Below are positions 19,948 through 30,607 of a stretch of DNA of 64,000 nt, piece by piece. Below the pieces are notes generated by a model. It saw nothing but the letters and a program-made list of their open reading frames with translations. It had not been told where the DNA came from and made no database searches. The DNA comes from Nitrosopumilus sp. (GTDB lineage Archaea; Thermoproteota; Nitrososphaeria; Nitrososphaerales; Nitrosopumilaceae): contig OZ241981.1 of NCBI GenBank assembly GCA_965204345.1, forward strand, positions 160,001 to 224,000, given 5' to 3'. The stretch's first letter is position 1. Each line of letters starts with the position of its first letter. Both the position numbers and the translations under genes were made by a program.

Positions 19948-20007
19948 ATGCAAGGATACAGAGCTAATGGCCAAATGGAATAGCCTTGTTCTGTGATGTC
20001 CACTATT
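19899..20007. repeat. Repeat-spacer-repeat unit 3: 38-bp perfect direct repeat around 33-bp unique insert
   Basis: GCCAAATGGAATAGCCTTGTTCTGTGATGTCCACTATT at 19899-19936 and 19970-20007. Confidence 0.95.
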
Positions 20008-22648
20008 TGCTGCAATAGCTAAAAACATCAAAGAATTCCTTTGCACCATTTTTAGTCAATTCCTTATTTTTTGTTTGGCAATAGTTTGTAGTAAATGTGC
20101 ACTTTGGACAACCTCCCCAAACTTTTTGGTCTGCCTGTGTTTTATCTGCTGGACAGTCACAATCCCTTAACAAAGAAAGCCCTGCGGCCAATATTTTTTC
20201 AAATTCATCATAGATTATTTTACTGCACCCATTAAATCCGTCTGATGAGTTATCATAAAGGTAAATCACTCCATTTTCATAGTATGCATCAATATCACTT
20301 GATTCTGATTTTGTTAAAATTTTGCTTGCGTTCACTAGCATGTGTGTGATGGTATGCATCCTGGGATCACCGGCTATGGGATTTTTGGAGTCTGCTGCTG
20401 CCTTTGATATGAATTCTGCTGGTATCGTTACACTGGTTGCCGAGTGTCTTGATTTCCAATGAAAATTCCTCCATCCCGATATGCTGCTGCCATTATGCCT
20501 GGTAAATTTATCTGCTGATTCATTATAGTTTCCCTTCATGTATCCTGTAATTGTTCTATCCAGTGAAATTATTCCATACCGCAAAGATATTTTTTTATTC
20601 TTTACATTAATCTCCCTGTGCCTTGTTTTGCCTTCTGATGTCTGAATAACTGCCGTTCTGAGAATTGGAAATGTCTTCTTTCCCCTCTCACTTGATCTTA
20701 TCAGATATGCCCTTGCCCCATTTTGTGATTTTATTAACGAGCTTACTTCATAATTCTGCTTGTTAAAATGATACATTGCCTTTTGATGTAACTGATAGTA
20801 CCCTGCAGGTACTGCCCTGGTTCCAATTTTCATTGAATTATGGTATATGGAAATCTCGCCTGATGCCCCTCGCAAATTAACACTGTTTGCAAAATCAAAA
20901 AATTGGGATTTGTCTGATGTTGCCGCTGCCTCATCTTCAATTTCGACGGATTCTGCATGCCTCTCTGCGATTATCGGATTCCTCTTGTTGATTGGAACGA
21001 TGTGATCCTGTTTTAGATACTCATCAATATGGCGTGCAAAATAATGACAAGCTGCATCTTCTGGATCAAAGACGCAGATGGCATATGATTCCTGTCCCAT
21101 GCGTCCTGCCCTTCCGATTCTTTGAACAAACGAGTCAAATTCGTTTTTGAATGCAGAAATTACTACATCCACATGCCCTATGTCAATTCCCAACTCTAGC
21201 GTCGGCGTACATGACAAAACATCCAAGTCTCCTGCCTTCATTTGGGACTCGTACATTTTTCTGTCCCTTTGATCCAGCCCTCCTCTGTGAATCTGAATTC
21301 GTATCCCTTTGTTTGCTGTTTCCATATTTGATGCCAGAAATTCTGCGTCATTGTGTGAATTGCTAAAAACCAGCTGTGTTGAATTATTCCTGTGGCAGAT
21401 GGATGATAGCATTTCCATGGTTGTTCTTTGCCTGAACTTCCTAGGCATGATAAAAAACATGTGCATGTTTTGTTTTCGCCGAAACTTACTTTTGATATAC
21501 CTAAACGAGTCCTCAGGCAGATCAAACATGCTGGAAAAAAATTCCTTTGAATTATCCAGCGTTGCAGACGAGCCTACAAACTGCACCTTGCCCATGAATC
21601 TTTTCATTCTTTTTAGAACATGATATACGTTTGATCCGTGAAAACTCGTATACGAATGTGCTTCATCCATGACAATTATTTTTGCATTTTTGAATAACTC
21701 GTTCCATTTTTTATCCTGCAGTATTAAATGATAATTAATAAAATCAAAATTCGTTGCAATGATTAGAGCCTTTTTGCCAGACTCCAAAATCACCATGTCT
21801 TTGTATTCTGTACTCTGGCCTCCGTGAATTGAATATGCTGAAACCCTGTCTCCAAGATCACATTTTTGAATCAGGTCGGATATTTTTGAGATCTGATCAT
21901 CAATTAACGCATTTGATGGATATACCAGCAATGTGAATACTCCTGATGCTGAATTTTCTGTGATTTTTTGCAGTATTGGGATTGCAAATGCTTCTGTTTT
22001 TCCAGATCCTGTGGGCGCTGAAATTATTGTATCCCCTCCACTTAGAATTGCTTTGATGGATTCCTCCTGAAATGGGAGTACCCCTGCAAAGCCATATTTT
22101 TCTAGACCCTTTATGATATTCTCAGATAAGATGTCTCTGAGATTTGCAATTGGAATTTTTTCAGACTCTGAAGCAACTAATCGCTCATAATGGATTAATG
22201 CCAGGGATTCCTCTTTGTGGCCTTGAATTATCTCTCTAATTATGTAGTTATTATCAACTAGTGATTTTGGAATCTTGCTAATATCAAAAAGAATATCCTG
22301 AGGAATTAAAATTTTGGGTGCCGGATCTTTAGTTTTTGTTTTCACATGTTTTTTAATTTCATCTGGAAAGTATTCTGCTGATTCGCCGGAGACTGTGCAT
22401 TGATGGGGCTCATCTGTTCTTGAATCAATGGGGATAAATTTTCCACTATCTGATTTGAACCTCTCATCCCAGTAAATCTCTGCCCCGCATCCTTTGGAAC
22501 ACTGTTTTGTTCTTCCTGAATAGTTTACTCCATATGTTGGAGCTTTTACCATGATTTTTTCAGGATTGCACTTGGGACATATTCTCGGAGATCCTACATC
22601 CTCATGGCTTTGAACCAGTCTTGTATCACAGTCAAAACAAAATTTCAT
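20003..22648 (-). CDS. DEAH-box SF2 helicase with C-terminal DUF1998 Zn domain (Hrq1/MrfA-like) and N-terminal Zn ribbons
   Basis: APTGSGKT, DEAH, SAT, TLELGIDIG, QRIGRAGR, C-terminal CDC...GCPKC. Confidence 0.92.
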   Translation of the reverse strand: MKFCFDCDTRLVQSHEDVGSPRICPKCNPEKIMVKAPTYGVNYSGRTKQCSKGCGAEIYWDERFKSDSGKFIPIDSRTDEPHQCTVSGESAEYFPDEIKKHVKTKTKDPAPKILIPQDILFDISKIPKSLVDNNYIIREIIQGHKEESLALIHYERLVASESEKIPIANLRDILSENIIKGLEKYGFAGVLPFQEESIKAILSGGDTIISAPTGSGKTEAFAIPILQKITENSASGVFTLLVYPSNALIDDQISKISDLIQKCDLGDRVSAYSIHGGQSTEYKDMVILESGKKALIIATNFDFINYHLILQDKKWNELFKNAKIIVMDEAHSYTSFHGSNVYHVLKRMKRFMGKVQFVGSSATLDNSKEFFSSMFDLPEDSFRYIKSKFRRKQNMHMFFIMPRKFRQRTTMEMLSSICHRNNSTQLVFSNSHNDAEFLASNMETANKGIRIQIHRGGLDQRDRKMYESQMKAGDLDVLSCTPTLELGIDIGHVDVVISAFKNEFDSFVQRIGRAGRMGQESYAICVFDPEDAACHYFARHIDEYLKQDHIVPINKRNPIIAERHAESVEIEDEAAATSDKSQFFDFANSVNLRGASGEISIYHNSMKIGTRAVPAGYYQLHQKAMYHFNKQNYEVSSLIKSQNGARAYLIRSSERGKKTFPILRTAVIQTSEGKTRHREINVKNKKISLRYGIISLDRTITGYMKGNYNESADKFTRHNGSSISGWRNFHWKSRHSATSVTIPAEFISKAAADSKNPIAGDPRMHTITHMLVNASKILTKSESSDIDAYYENGVIYLYDNSSDGFNGCSKIIYDEFEKILAAGLSLLRDCDCPADKTQADQKVWGGCPKCTFTTNYCQTKNKELTKNGAKEFFDVFSYCSK

Positions 22649-23100
22649 GAATATGATTTAGATCAATTTGCCTTTAATGAACATATGATATTATATGATT
22701 ACCTTTTGATGCCTAGAATATCAAATATGCTTAAACTTGTATCTGTATCCTCTCAGGACGCATTTGGAGAGGACCGTCACCTTCATCAATATTTACAGCT
22801 GGGGGTTGCAGCCAGTACAGCATCATATTTGACAAATTCTGATTACCTAATCGCTGGAATTTAACATCAGGTTCTCAGATGTGATTTTCTTAAAAATTAC
22901 CTGGACTATACGACACTGGCAAATTCCGGCGTCCTCTGCATGAATCACCCAGGAAATCTCTGTGTTGCACTGGGATTTTTTGATGATTACCGCAGTATGT
23001 TGTGTTCTTTGAGAATATGTTCAGTCCAGAAACAAGAAGACAACGCCTAACTGCCAAGCCATATTTACAAAATATCATAGACTTGAATCAAATGACTTCA

Positions 23101-23167
23101 TTCTAAAATCCTGAAAATGCCAAACTAGGAAAGAAAGATCAAAGCGGCAAAATTTAGGTACAAAACC
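23101..23167 (-). repeat. Dispersed ~68-bp element, inverted copy C
   Basis: Reverse complement contains CCTAAATTTTGCCGCTTTGATCTTTCTTTCCTAGTTTGG, matching copies A and B with a small gap. Confidence 0.55.
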
Positions 23168-24341
23168 ACTGATTTTATTAAACAAAATAGAGTAAAACAT
23201 ACAATAAACAGATGTTTGTGTGTGATATTATGGGATTTATGAAGACCTTAGGAAAGTTTTGCATTATGAAAAAAGTTCGTGATAAATCCAACGAACCTGA
23301 AGAAAAATAATCCTATTTTTTTAAAAAAAATCAATCTTGAGAAATCTCATGCAATCCATTTTTTGAATGCGTCTGATAACTAAAGTAATGGCAGCAGATG
23401 ATTCTGAGGGGATGAGACTTGCTTAGAGATTAGCCAAGGCTGGCAAACATGATGCAGTTTTACGGGCAATTTCATGTCTCTGAAGAAAAACAACTTTTGC
23501 CGGTTTCATCAGCTCCTGCCGGCCAAATTTTGCCATTGAACTGCTCTTGCAATATGCGATATGGCGTGCGACTCTTTCTGATTACCATAATGTCATATTT
23601 TGCCAATGATAAAACAAAATTTCCCTCAAATTCCCTGCACGAGTATAGCGTAAAATCATCAATCTCTTTATTTGATTTTGTAATGCTTGCAATATTCACT
23701 GATGTCTCAACATCTGCCCTTCTCAGCATCCCTGACTCTGCTTTGCCCTAACACTGGGGACATTGCACCGAATTTTTTGCATCAATGCCGCAAATTGAAA
23801 GTTTCATTAAAATCGACTTTTCGTTCTTACAATCTTGTTTATATAATTGGTGTAAAATACTGGTTAATTGCTTTTATTGAGCAATGGCATTTCTGCAAGA
23901 AAATAATTACTCTCTATGGATAACGCTCCATCACATTGACATAGCTTGCATTTTCCATTGACAATTTGTGAGTTTCTGCCTGCTGTGATTGTGTGGTTTG
24001 TAAGTGAATGCTCACATTTAGAACAGACACTTTTTTGTTCCACGCCAATTCAGACTCTTATAGTCTCCATACTGTCTTCTTGTTGTTAAATTTTTGTTGT
24101 CATATCTTGTACTGTTGCTTCTTGGATAGCGGTTTGCTGGGTGCATATGATAGTATCATACCTGGGGTCAAAAAGCGGATTTAATAATTGCTGAGGTGTA
24201 CTTTGGGATTTTTTGATGACTGGATATCTAAGAAAATCATATCTTGACAATTTATTATCAAATTCCAGTAATCAGATCATCAAAATGTACCAAACCCGAA
24301 TTGAACTGTCCTATGAAATGTCTGGGATTTGGAACAGCATG

Positions 24342-24602
24342 AAATTTATTATTACATTCTTTGCACTTGTGCTCTTGATTGCCAAAATCAGGAATTTCTT
24401 GAAAGGCTTGAAACTGCTGAAATAATGTTTATGGACAATAAAAAAAATTGATATGCATTGTAAATTGCTTGAAAAAGAAGCATGCCGTAACTCAATATAA
24501 CTGCTTAAATAACGAAAGCACATAGGGGTTGATAATAACATGAACAAAAATACAAAAACTATGCCGTTCGCTTCTTTGATTGCTGCAATGATTCTTCCTT
24601 TC
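24342..24602 (+). repeat. ~260-bp leader module (gene tail + promoter + signal-peptide codons), copy 1
   Basis: High similarity to 32453-32721, including the near-identical GAAAAAGAAGCATGCCGTAACTCAAT...CTGCTTAAATAACGAAAGCACATAGGGGTT. Confidence 0.9.
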
Positions 24603-24818
24603 TCAGTAATCAATTATGCGCAAGCAGAACAGCAGGGAGGTGTGATATGTGACCCTGACATATCAGAGTCAGAATGCATAGAAAACGCTCCAACTTATTC
24701 AATTGACGGTATATCGCTTATTGAATTGGTACCTTTCATTCCGTTATTTGTGGTAATAACTGTCTCCATTCTTATCATTGTTTTATATTTGATAAAAATC
24801 AAGTATGATAATGGCTAA
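24540..24818 (+). CDS. Short secreted/membrane protein with 'FASLIAAMILPFS' signal peptide
   Basis: Signal peptide typical of Nitrosopumilus secreted proteins; C-terminal TM helix. Confidence 0.65.
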   Translation: MNKNTKTMPFASLIAAMILPFSVINYAQAEQQGGVICDPDISESECIENAPTYSIDGISLIELVPFIPLFVVITVSILIIVLYLIKIKYDNG

Positions 24819-24836
24819 TGATAATTCAAAACGTAA

Positions 24837-24904
24837 AATTTTATGCCTAAATTCCGTCACTTTAATTCTTTTCTAGTTTAGTGGACTTGAAAAGTCTCTA
24901 AGAT
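24837..24904 (+). repeat. Dispersed ~68-bp element, copy B
   Basis: 53/68 ungapped match to 1631-1698. Confidence 0.7.
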
Positions 24905-25100
24905 TAAACAGTACAGGATATCAAGATTTTCTGCTTTAGATCATGCATTTTTGACAGACACAACATTTCATAGTATATAGGACACCTGATCAGAGGCAGC
25001 TAGGATAAAACGCATGAGAATGTTCGTCTGGCTTGTGTGAATGAGAGTTCATTCACACTAGTACCAAGTTCATCCAAGCATAATATTACAAAATTGGGTC

Positions 25101-25565
25101 TTGGCCACAATTAAAAAATTATTAGTCAAATTATTCTCCTTTCTTATTGTGCCATTAGACAAAATGCCCAATTCTGAAGAGTTTATTCCAACCCATAATT
25201 CACTAATTTTACACATAAAAGGCAAGCCGGTGGCATGCATAATTGACAAAAGCATTCAAAACAGATCCAAATTTGATTCTGCAAGTAGCGATTCCATGCT
25301 TAAGGCTAGTCTTGTCGGATTTTTAAATAAACATGACGATTTGGGGCTGTTGATGGGTTTCAAATTAAAAATTCAAATTAATGATGATCTTTTTGAGTAC
25401 ACTGTATATCCAGATGATGAGCTTATAGACACTGTAATCTTTAACGAATCCGTATTCATAGTTAATGATAAGCTTGAAAATCTTTTTTCTTTAAAAAAGA
25501 TAGTCACTGATCAGCTTGTAAAAACCAGATCAGAATTTAATAAATTTAAAAAATTAATTAGCTGA
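25101..25565 (+). CDS. Hypothetical protein (true start may be ATG ~25164)
   Basis: 154-aa ORF with protein-like composition. Confidence 0.65.
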   Translation: MATIKKLLVKLFSFLIVPLDKMPNSEEFIPTHNSLILHIKGKPVACIIDKSIQNRSKFDSASSDSMLKASLVGFLNKHDDLGLLMGFKLKIQINDDLFEYTVYPDDELIDTVIFNESVFIVNDKLENLFSLKKIVTDQLVKTRSEFNKFKKLIS

Positions 25566-25986
25566 TCTTCTTTATTTCAGATCATTTAACAACCCCTTTT
25601 TATGTAAAATTTCCAGTGATAACTTTTTTTACGAATGCTAAAAGCTAGAAAACCTGCTCTTTTGGACCGTGGGATGGACTTGGTATCAAACAAAATTTGA
25701 TAATGTCTGCCCGTCAATTAGTAGAGTTTTGTCTGCTATTGCACCAGAACATAAAAAATGGACTAGCAATGTGGAGAGAAAATGAACCTGTCCATGAACA
25801 TTACCAAACAGGCTCAAAATACTGGAATGCAATCTCATAAAATTAGTGAGAGGATATTTGTCTAATTATCCTTAGAATAGTTTGTTCTGCTACCTATTGC
25901 ACAATTAGGCAGTCATTAGTTGGCAGTGAAAATAACAAGGCAGAAACTTGTCAAAACATGTCTCTTGAAATTTTGGCAGCTGATCT

Positions 25987-26337
25987 TCAGTTATCCCACG
26001 TTGGCTGGGATTTTAGCCACGTAATCAAATCCATATACAGGCTGCTTTTGCTCATGTTTAGAACCCCTATCTCCAGATTTGTTGAGGATTTGACTGTTTT
26101 TGTATAACTTTTATATTTTGCAAAAATTATCTTATCTAAAAACATCTCATTTTGCATCTCTTTTTTAGCCAGTTCCTCAGATTCTGTCATTGCAAAACTA
26201 GCAAACAGTACGCCATCGGCCCAATACGCATTGGCAGCTTCAAGTGACGACATCATTCCGATGAGATCATCCAAGCTTAGTTTAATGATGTCTCTGACGT
26301 AAATTTTATCATATGGCTTGTGAACAAACTCTGTCAT
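25987..26337 (-). CDS. Conserved archaeal hypothetical protein
   Basis: 116-aa ORF, YWADGVLF motif. Confidence 0.75.
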   Translation of the reverse strand: MTEFVHKPYDKIYVRDIIKLSLDDLIGMMSSLEAANAYWADGVLFASFAMTESEELAKKEMQNEMFLDKIIFAKYKSYTKTVKSSTNLEIGVLNMSKSSLYMDLITWLKSQPTWDN

Positions 26338-26407
26338 GAAACTGCCTTCTCTTATCGTCTAATGAACATTATGGAAATCTTATATCTAGTTTTTATACAA
26401 AATTATT

Positions 26408-26641
26408 ATGGATGACATGGATGGTGCCCCTAACTACGATCTATTTGTAACAGATTTTCCAAAAAAAGGTTTTGGGATTGTTGACTATCTTCAGGGCAGG
26501 GTGCATTTTGCCCTGCTTGATCAAATCAAACTCATGTCCAAATCTGGTATGGGCAAGCCTGAAATTAAAGAAACGATACTTGCAAATATTGCTCAAATTA
26601 TAGATAACTTTGAACCCGAAAAACAATCAAATAATTCTTGA
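26408..26641 (+). CDS. Small hypothetical protein
   Basis: 77-aa ORF; TTTTATA ~15-20 bp upstream. Confidence 0.6.
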   Translation: MDDMDGAPNYDLFVTDFPKKGFGIVDYLQGRVHFALLDQIKLMSKSGMGKPEIKETILANIAQIIDNFEPEKQSNNS

Positions 26642-26755
26642 TTCCATTTTAACTGACTCTGCCATAACTATCTTGTGGCATTGGCAGTGGCAATTTGTGT
26701 GCGGCAAATCACTGTTCATTCTGTATTTGCATTCTTTGGTGTGCTCTGTATTCAA
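26627..26755 (-). CDS. Small Cys/His-rich protein (42 aa, not in ORF track)
   Basis: MNTEHTKECKYRMNSDLPHTNCHCQCHKIV..., TTG start. Confidence 0.4.
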   Translation of the reverse strand: MNTEHTKECKYRMNSDLPHTNCHCQCHKIVMAESVKMESRII

Positions 26756-26767
26756 TTTTTTTGATTC

Positions 26768-26935
26768 CTACTGGGCATCTGTTGCTGATGATTTGCATTC
26801 AAAATACTCTGTCAATGACTTGCTAAAATTTTCCAATAATTGATGATCCTTGAAATTCGAATCTTCAAGCAGCTTCCAGTTTTTTTCGATTGATTCTTTT
26901 AGAACAAATAATGTCCTTTTATCGTCACAATGCAT
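26768..26935 (-). CDS. Small hypothetical protein (55 aa, not in ORF track)
   Basis: MHCDDKRTLFVLKESIEKNWKLLEDSNFKD..., clean ATG to TAG. Confidence 0.65.
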   Translation of the reverse strand: MHCDDKRTLFVLKESIEKNWKLLEDSNFKDHQLLENFSKSLTEYFECKSSATDAQ

Positions 26936-27523
26936 GTTGCTGTCATCTTAATACGGCATTTAATATTTATTTTCGACATGTTTAATTATCAAAAATATAG
27001 TTTGATATCATGCCAAAGACCGAATACGAATCAGGATTGTTTCAAAGATTGATAAAGATGATGTAATTGGCAAGAGACTAGGAGCCATATTATCAGAGTT
27101 GAAAATAGGTGATACTGTCACTACAAAATCACTTTTTTGCAGGCACAAGGACATTCTTGGATTTAAAAATGACAGGTCTATTATCTGTCACATTTCAAGC
27201 GCACTAAAAATTGCATGCAAATCAAAAAAGATTCAAAGAACAAATGATTTTGGGCCTTCCCCATGATTCAAAAGTCTGGATACCGTGTCCTTTTGGACAT
27301 CACAGCTCTGCGAAAGCAAATTCAAGAATCATGACAGAACCGCCACCAATATCTGCTGTACCCAAACAATGTACCTGTATCACATAGGAAGTTCAACATG
27401 TGGGTGTCTAAAAGAGAATTTGCAATAAATATGCTCCAGGCTGTCAGTGATAACACATTTGCGCAAAAGACAGAACAAAAGAAATTTGAGAATGGGAATC
27501 CCTGCTAAAACTTTTGGAGCGGC

Positions 27524-27844
27524 GGTTCTGTTGCATTCATGAGGGATAGACACGAATCTGTTTGATCGCACAAGTTTTAATCAAGACCTACAAGCGGCAC
27601 TGATAAATTCCAGTGATCAGATCATCGAAACTTGCCAGAATTGTCCGTTGCATTTACCGTGTTCATCTTAAAATCATCAAGATTTGCTTTGATGTGGCTG
27701 TTTCCTCTAGTTCCTTGATCAATGCCGGAGAAATAATCTCTCACTGCATTAAATGAACATCAGCTTGAAAATCAGAAAACGCCCCAAGATTCAAGTGTAC
27801 CAAATCTATCTCCCGTGCCTATCCCTCATGAACGCAGCAGAACC
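27524..27844. mobile_element. IS6-family-derived MITE / internal deletion derivative (321 bp)
   Basis: ~31-bp imperfect terminal inverted repeats GGTTCTGTTGCATTCATGAGGGATAGACACG / CGTGCCTATCCCTCATGAACGCAGCAGAACC; GGTTCTGTTGCA is the IS257/IS431-type end. Confidence 0.75.
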
Positions 27845-27930
27845 CCTGTGCATGTGCTAGTCACTGCTTCTTTAGCATCCAATCCCTTGCTAGAATTCTT
27901 CTAAAAAGTCCCGAGTCCCAATCCCCTTTT

Positions 27931-28395
27931 TTACTGGGAATTTGCAGTTTTCTCATAATAGTATTCTTGCTTCTTCAAGTCTTTTTCTGATATGATTCTG
28001 CATTTTCTCATTGGAACCAATCGTGAAATTTGCTCATACGTATTCATGTCTCTGACATCTGCGGCATATGCAATTTGCAGTAATGGTGATTTTTCTTCAA
28101 TCATCGGCTTTGCCTGCTCATATCCCCCGCTCTGCCTCATGCCTGTCCTGAACAGCCCTGCCTGCTTCTCACTTTTTGATATCTGTGGATCTTGGTAGCA
28201 GCATATTGCAAATTCACCACTGTCTTTTTCAATAATTGTCAATCTTGTGAACTTGTCACTCCAGACCTCTATCTCTTTGGCAATTGATACTGCCTCATTT
28301 TTATCTTCAAATACTGTAGATATCACCAATCTGTCTTTTTCATATGCCCATGAAATCCCATAAAAATTACTGTGCCACTTGATCTCAAAGGACAT
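27931..28395 (-). CDS. Hypothetical protein
   Basis: 154-aa ORF with protein-like composition. Confidence 0.7.
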   Translation of the reverse strand: MSFEIKWHSNFYGISWAYEKDRLVISTVFEDKNEAVSIAKEIEVWSDKFTRLTIIEKDSGEFAICCYQDPQISKSEKQAGLFRTGMRQSGGYEQAKPMIEEKSPLLQIAYAADVRDMNTYEQISRLVPMRKCRIISEKDLKKQEYYYEKTANSQ

Positions 28396-28836
28396 GAATC
28401 TTTCTCAAAAAATTGACAAATTAATGCTTTCTAATTCTTTATAATTTAGATAAGAAAATGACGGCTGGCACATTTTGTCACGTTTGCATTGTCTGCTTGC
28501 AAACAAATTTTTGAATGCCTTAAGTTTGGATTGGTTTGTTGCCTGTTTTTCTCTTTTTGCAATTTTAAACAGTTTGATCCCAGTTTCTACACTGGTTCAT
28601 TTTAATGCCCGTGACTCGTTTTTCATTAGAGTGACTGGGTTTTTCATGGACACTTTACGTTTTTTGCCTGGATATCATCGGCTTTGCTGGCATATCCCAA
28701 AATCCAATACTACAAATAAAAAGCAGTTGCCCCTTCTTTTTTGGTTGAATTAATTCCTGTTTGGAGCATGGCCCAAGCTTTTATCTGAATGTAATTATCT
28801 TTTGGAATTTTTTGTTTGGAAATCTGCCGTTTTGGC

Positions 28837-28986
28837 TTATTTTTGTTTTTTTAGTAATGCCTCTTCAGGAGTCTTTTCCTTGTTTGATTCCCAATGCCAA
28901 CTGTGATGCTTTCTCCAATGCGTTTCTAGTTCTTCTGTGGTTGGTTCCCTTCCCAGCGGCGTACCACATAGTTTACACTGTATCAT
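28837..28986 (-). CDS. Small C2H2-type zinc-finger protein (49 aa, not in ORF track)
   Basis: MIQCKLCGTPLGREPTTEELETHWRKHHSWHWESNKEKTPEEALLKKQK. Confidence 0.75.
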   Translation of the reverse strand: MIQCKLCGTPLGREPTTEELETHWRKHHSWHWESNKEKTPEEALLKKQK

Positions 28987-29090
28987 TTTTTTGCCTTTTT
29001 TGTTTTTTCCTTTCGGACTTGATTATTGGATGACACTGTACTGGAAAGTTTTCATCATCGCTCATTTTGTCTTTCAGGCCAACTATGAAT

Positions 29091-29450
29091 CTAGAGTTTA
29101 TGTGTATTGCCTTTTTTGTGTTTTTTACTTGTATAATTTTTTCTAGTTCCATTTCTGTCTTTTCTTCTCTTCTTTTCCAAACCCATGATCTGATATGTCT
29201 TTCCAATCTCACAGAGTTTCATTTCTCCAGAATGCTCATCGTGAACTGATTCAAACAATCCGCCTGATAGCATTCCTCCAACTAGACTCCATGCAGTATC
29301 CTCAGAAATCTCAAATTTGTATAAAATAGTCGAGAATTTTGTAAAAAAGCCATTTTGTGAATTTCTAATGATGAATTTCTCTATCTTTTGTTCTGTGCTC
29401 AAAACCGGTTCCCGTTTTTTAAAACTTCTAAATGTTTTTCTTTCTGGCAT
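29091..29450 (-). CDS. Basic hypothetical protein, possible winged helix
   Basis: 119-aa ORF with Lys/Arg-rich tail. Confidence 0.65.
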   Translation of the reverse strand: MPERKTFRSFKKREPVLSTEQKIEKFIIRNSQNGFFTKFSTILYKFEISEDTAWSLVGGMLSGGLFESVHDEHSGEMKLCEIGKTYQIMGLEKKRRKDRNGTRKNYTSKKHKKGNTHKL

Positions 29451-29469
29451 CTTTCCTCATTTATCCAAA

Positions 29470-29643
29470 TTATTCAAAAGCATTAAGCGTATCTGGATCA
29501 GCGTATCCTGGCAATATCTGTTCATTGGTTTGGGCTTCATCTTTCTTATCATACTCTCCCTGTAATATTCTTAGATGGATTTCATCTTCTGTTTTACCAT
29601 CTGAAATTCCTGCATTTATATCAAAGTTAGGCCCTGTTGGCAG
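29470..29643 (-). CDS. Small acidic hypothetical protein, probable CTG start (not in ORF track)
   Basis: (M)PTGPNFDINAGISDGKTEDEIHLRILQGEYDKKDE...LNAFE*. Confidence 0.5.
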   Translation of the reverse strand: MPTGPNFDINAGISDGKTEDEIHLRILQGEYDKKDEAQTNEQILPGYADPDTLNAFE

Positions 29644-30094
29644 GTGATTAAACCTTTTTTAAAAAAATTCCTTGCAATCTGTTGCAACTGCCTGTCTGCC
29701 TATTGCAGATGGCAAGAATTGCTCTTCATTCTAAAATTCATGCATACTTTTTCAGTCATTATGCAGACTGACTGGCATTATATTACACCTGCTTGTTTTC
29801 TAACTTTGTTTTACCGTATTTGATACCTGCAATTCGTCTCTGTCTGGCAAATTATCATGGGTTCTTGCAGCTGCATCTCTAATATCTGAATTCTGATGCG
29901 TGTGTTTTGATTTTCAGGGTTCTTCTGCAAACTTCTCCAACTCTGAATATGCCTGTTGCAAATCCTGTCTTTTCATTAGTTTGCCCAAATTTTCATCTTT
30001 CTTTACTTGTGTGCATTGGAGAGAATCACATGTGCTTTTCCAGTATTTTGTTCCAATGTTTTCTATGTTTATGTGTTTAATCTTGCCGATTAGT

Positions 30095-30289
30095 TTATGA
30101 TTTTAAAAATTCAATAGTGCATTCTGCCAATTCCTTTCTTGAGTGTTTTTTTATGTCGTACTTGCAGTTTGGACAGACTCCTGCCTGTTCCTCAGTTAGC
30201 CCCTCCCCCACTTGCTTCATGCAGCATTCCATCAATTCTTCTGACGAGTGAGACTCCATTAAAAGCCTACATGTCGGACATTCTGTCAA
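30095..30289 (-). CDS. Small protein with two CxxC-H-C zinc motifs
   Basis: CPTC..HSSEELMEC / CPNC..HSRKELAEC. Confidence 0.75.
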   Translation of the reverse strand: MTECPTCRLLMESHSSEELMECCMKQVGEGLTEEQAGVCPNCKYDIKKHSRKELAECTIEFLKS

Positions 30290-30607
30290 CTTGGTATCAT
30301 TTTATGAAAATTTTATTGTTAATAAATTATGTTTGGTTTGAGAATAATCACCATGTAAATTCAGATGAAAGCCTCAAAAATAGGCTAAATTGGGTTTATG
30401 TAAAGTATGTAAAACATACATGTTAGCTTGTATGCTTTACTAGGATTTTTATCGCCATGTTAAACATGATCCAGAAATATAATGTGTTTGCAGCGGGGCA
30501 GGGCATGGCAAGAATATTATAACGAATAAAATATGTGCTAATTTGAGAAATTCAACGATATTGATCAAGCATGGATCTAATTAAAATAATAAAAAATCCC
30601 AAGTCCA

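Noticed and set aside
23340-23930. ORF 23472-23729 with 'GADETGK' (RNase H-like?)
   Set aside because: Fragmented, with no further motifs; probably an unidentifiable pseudogene.
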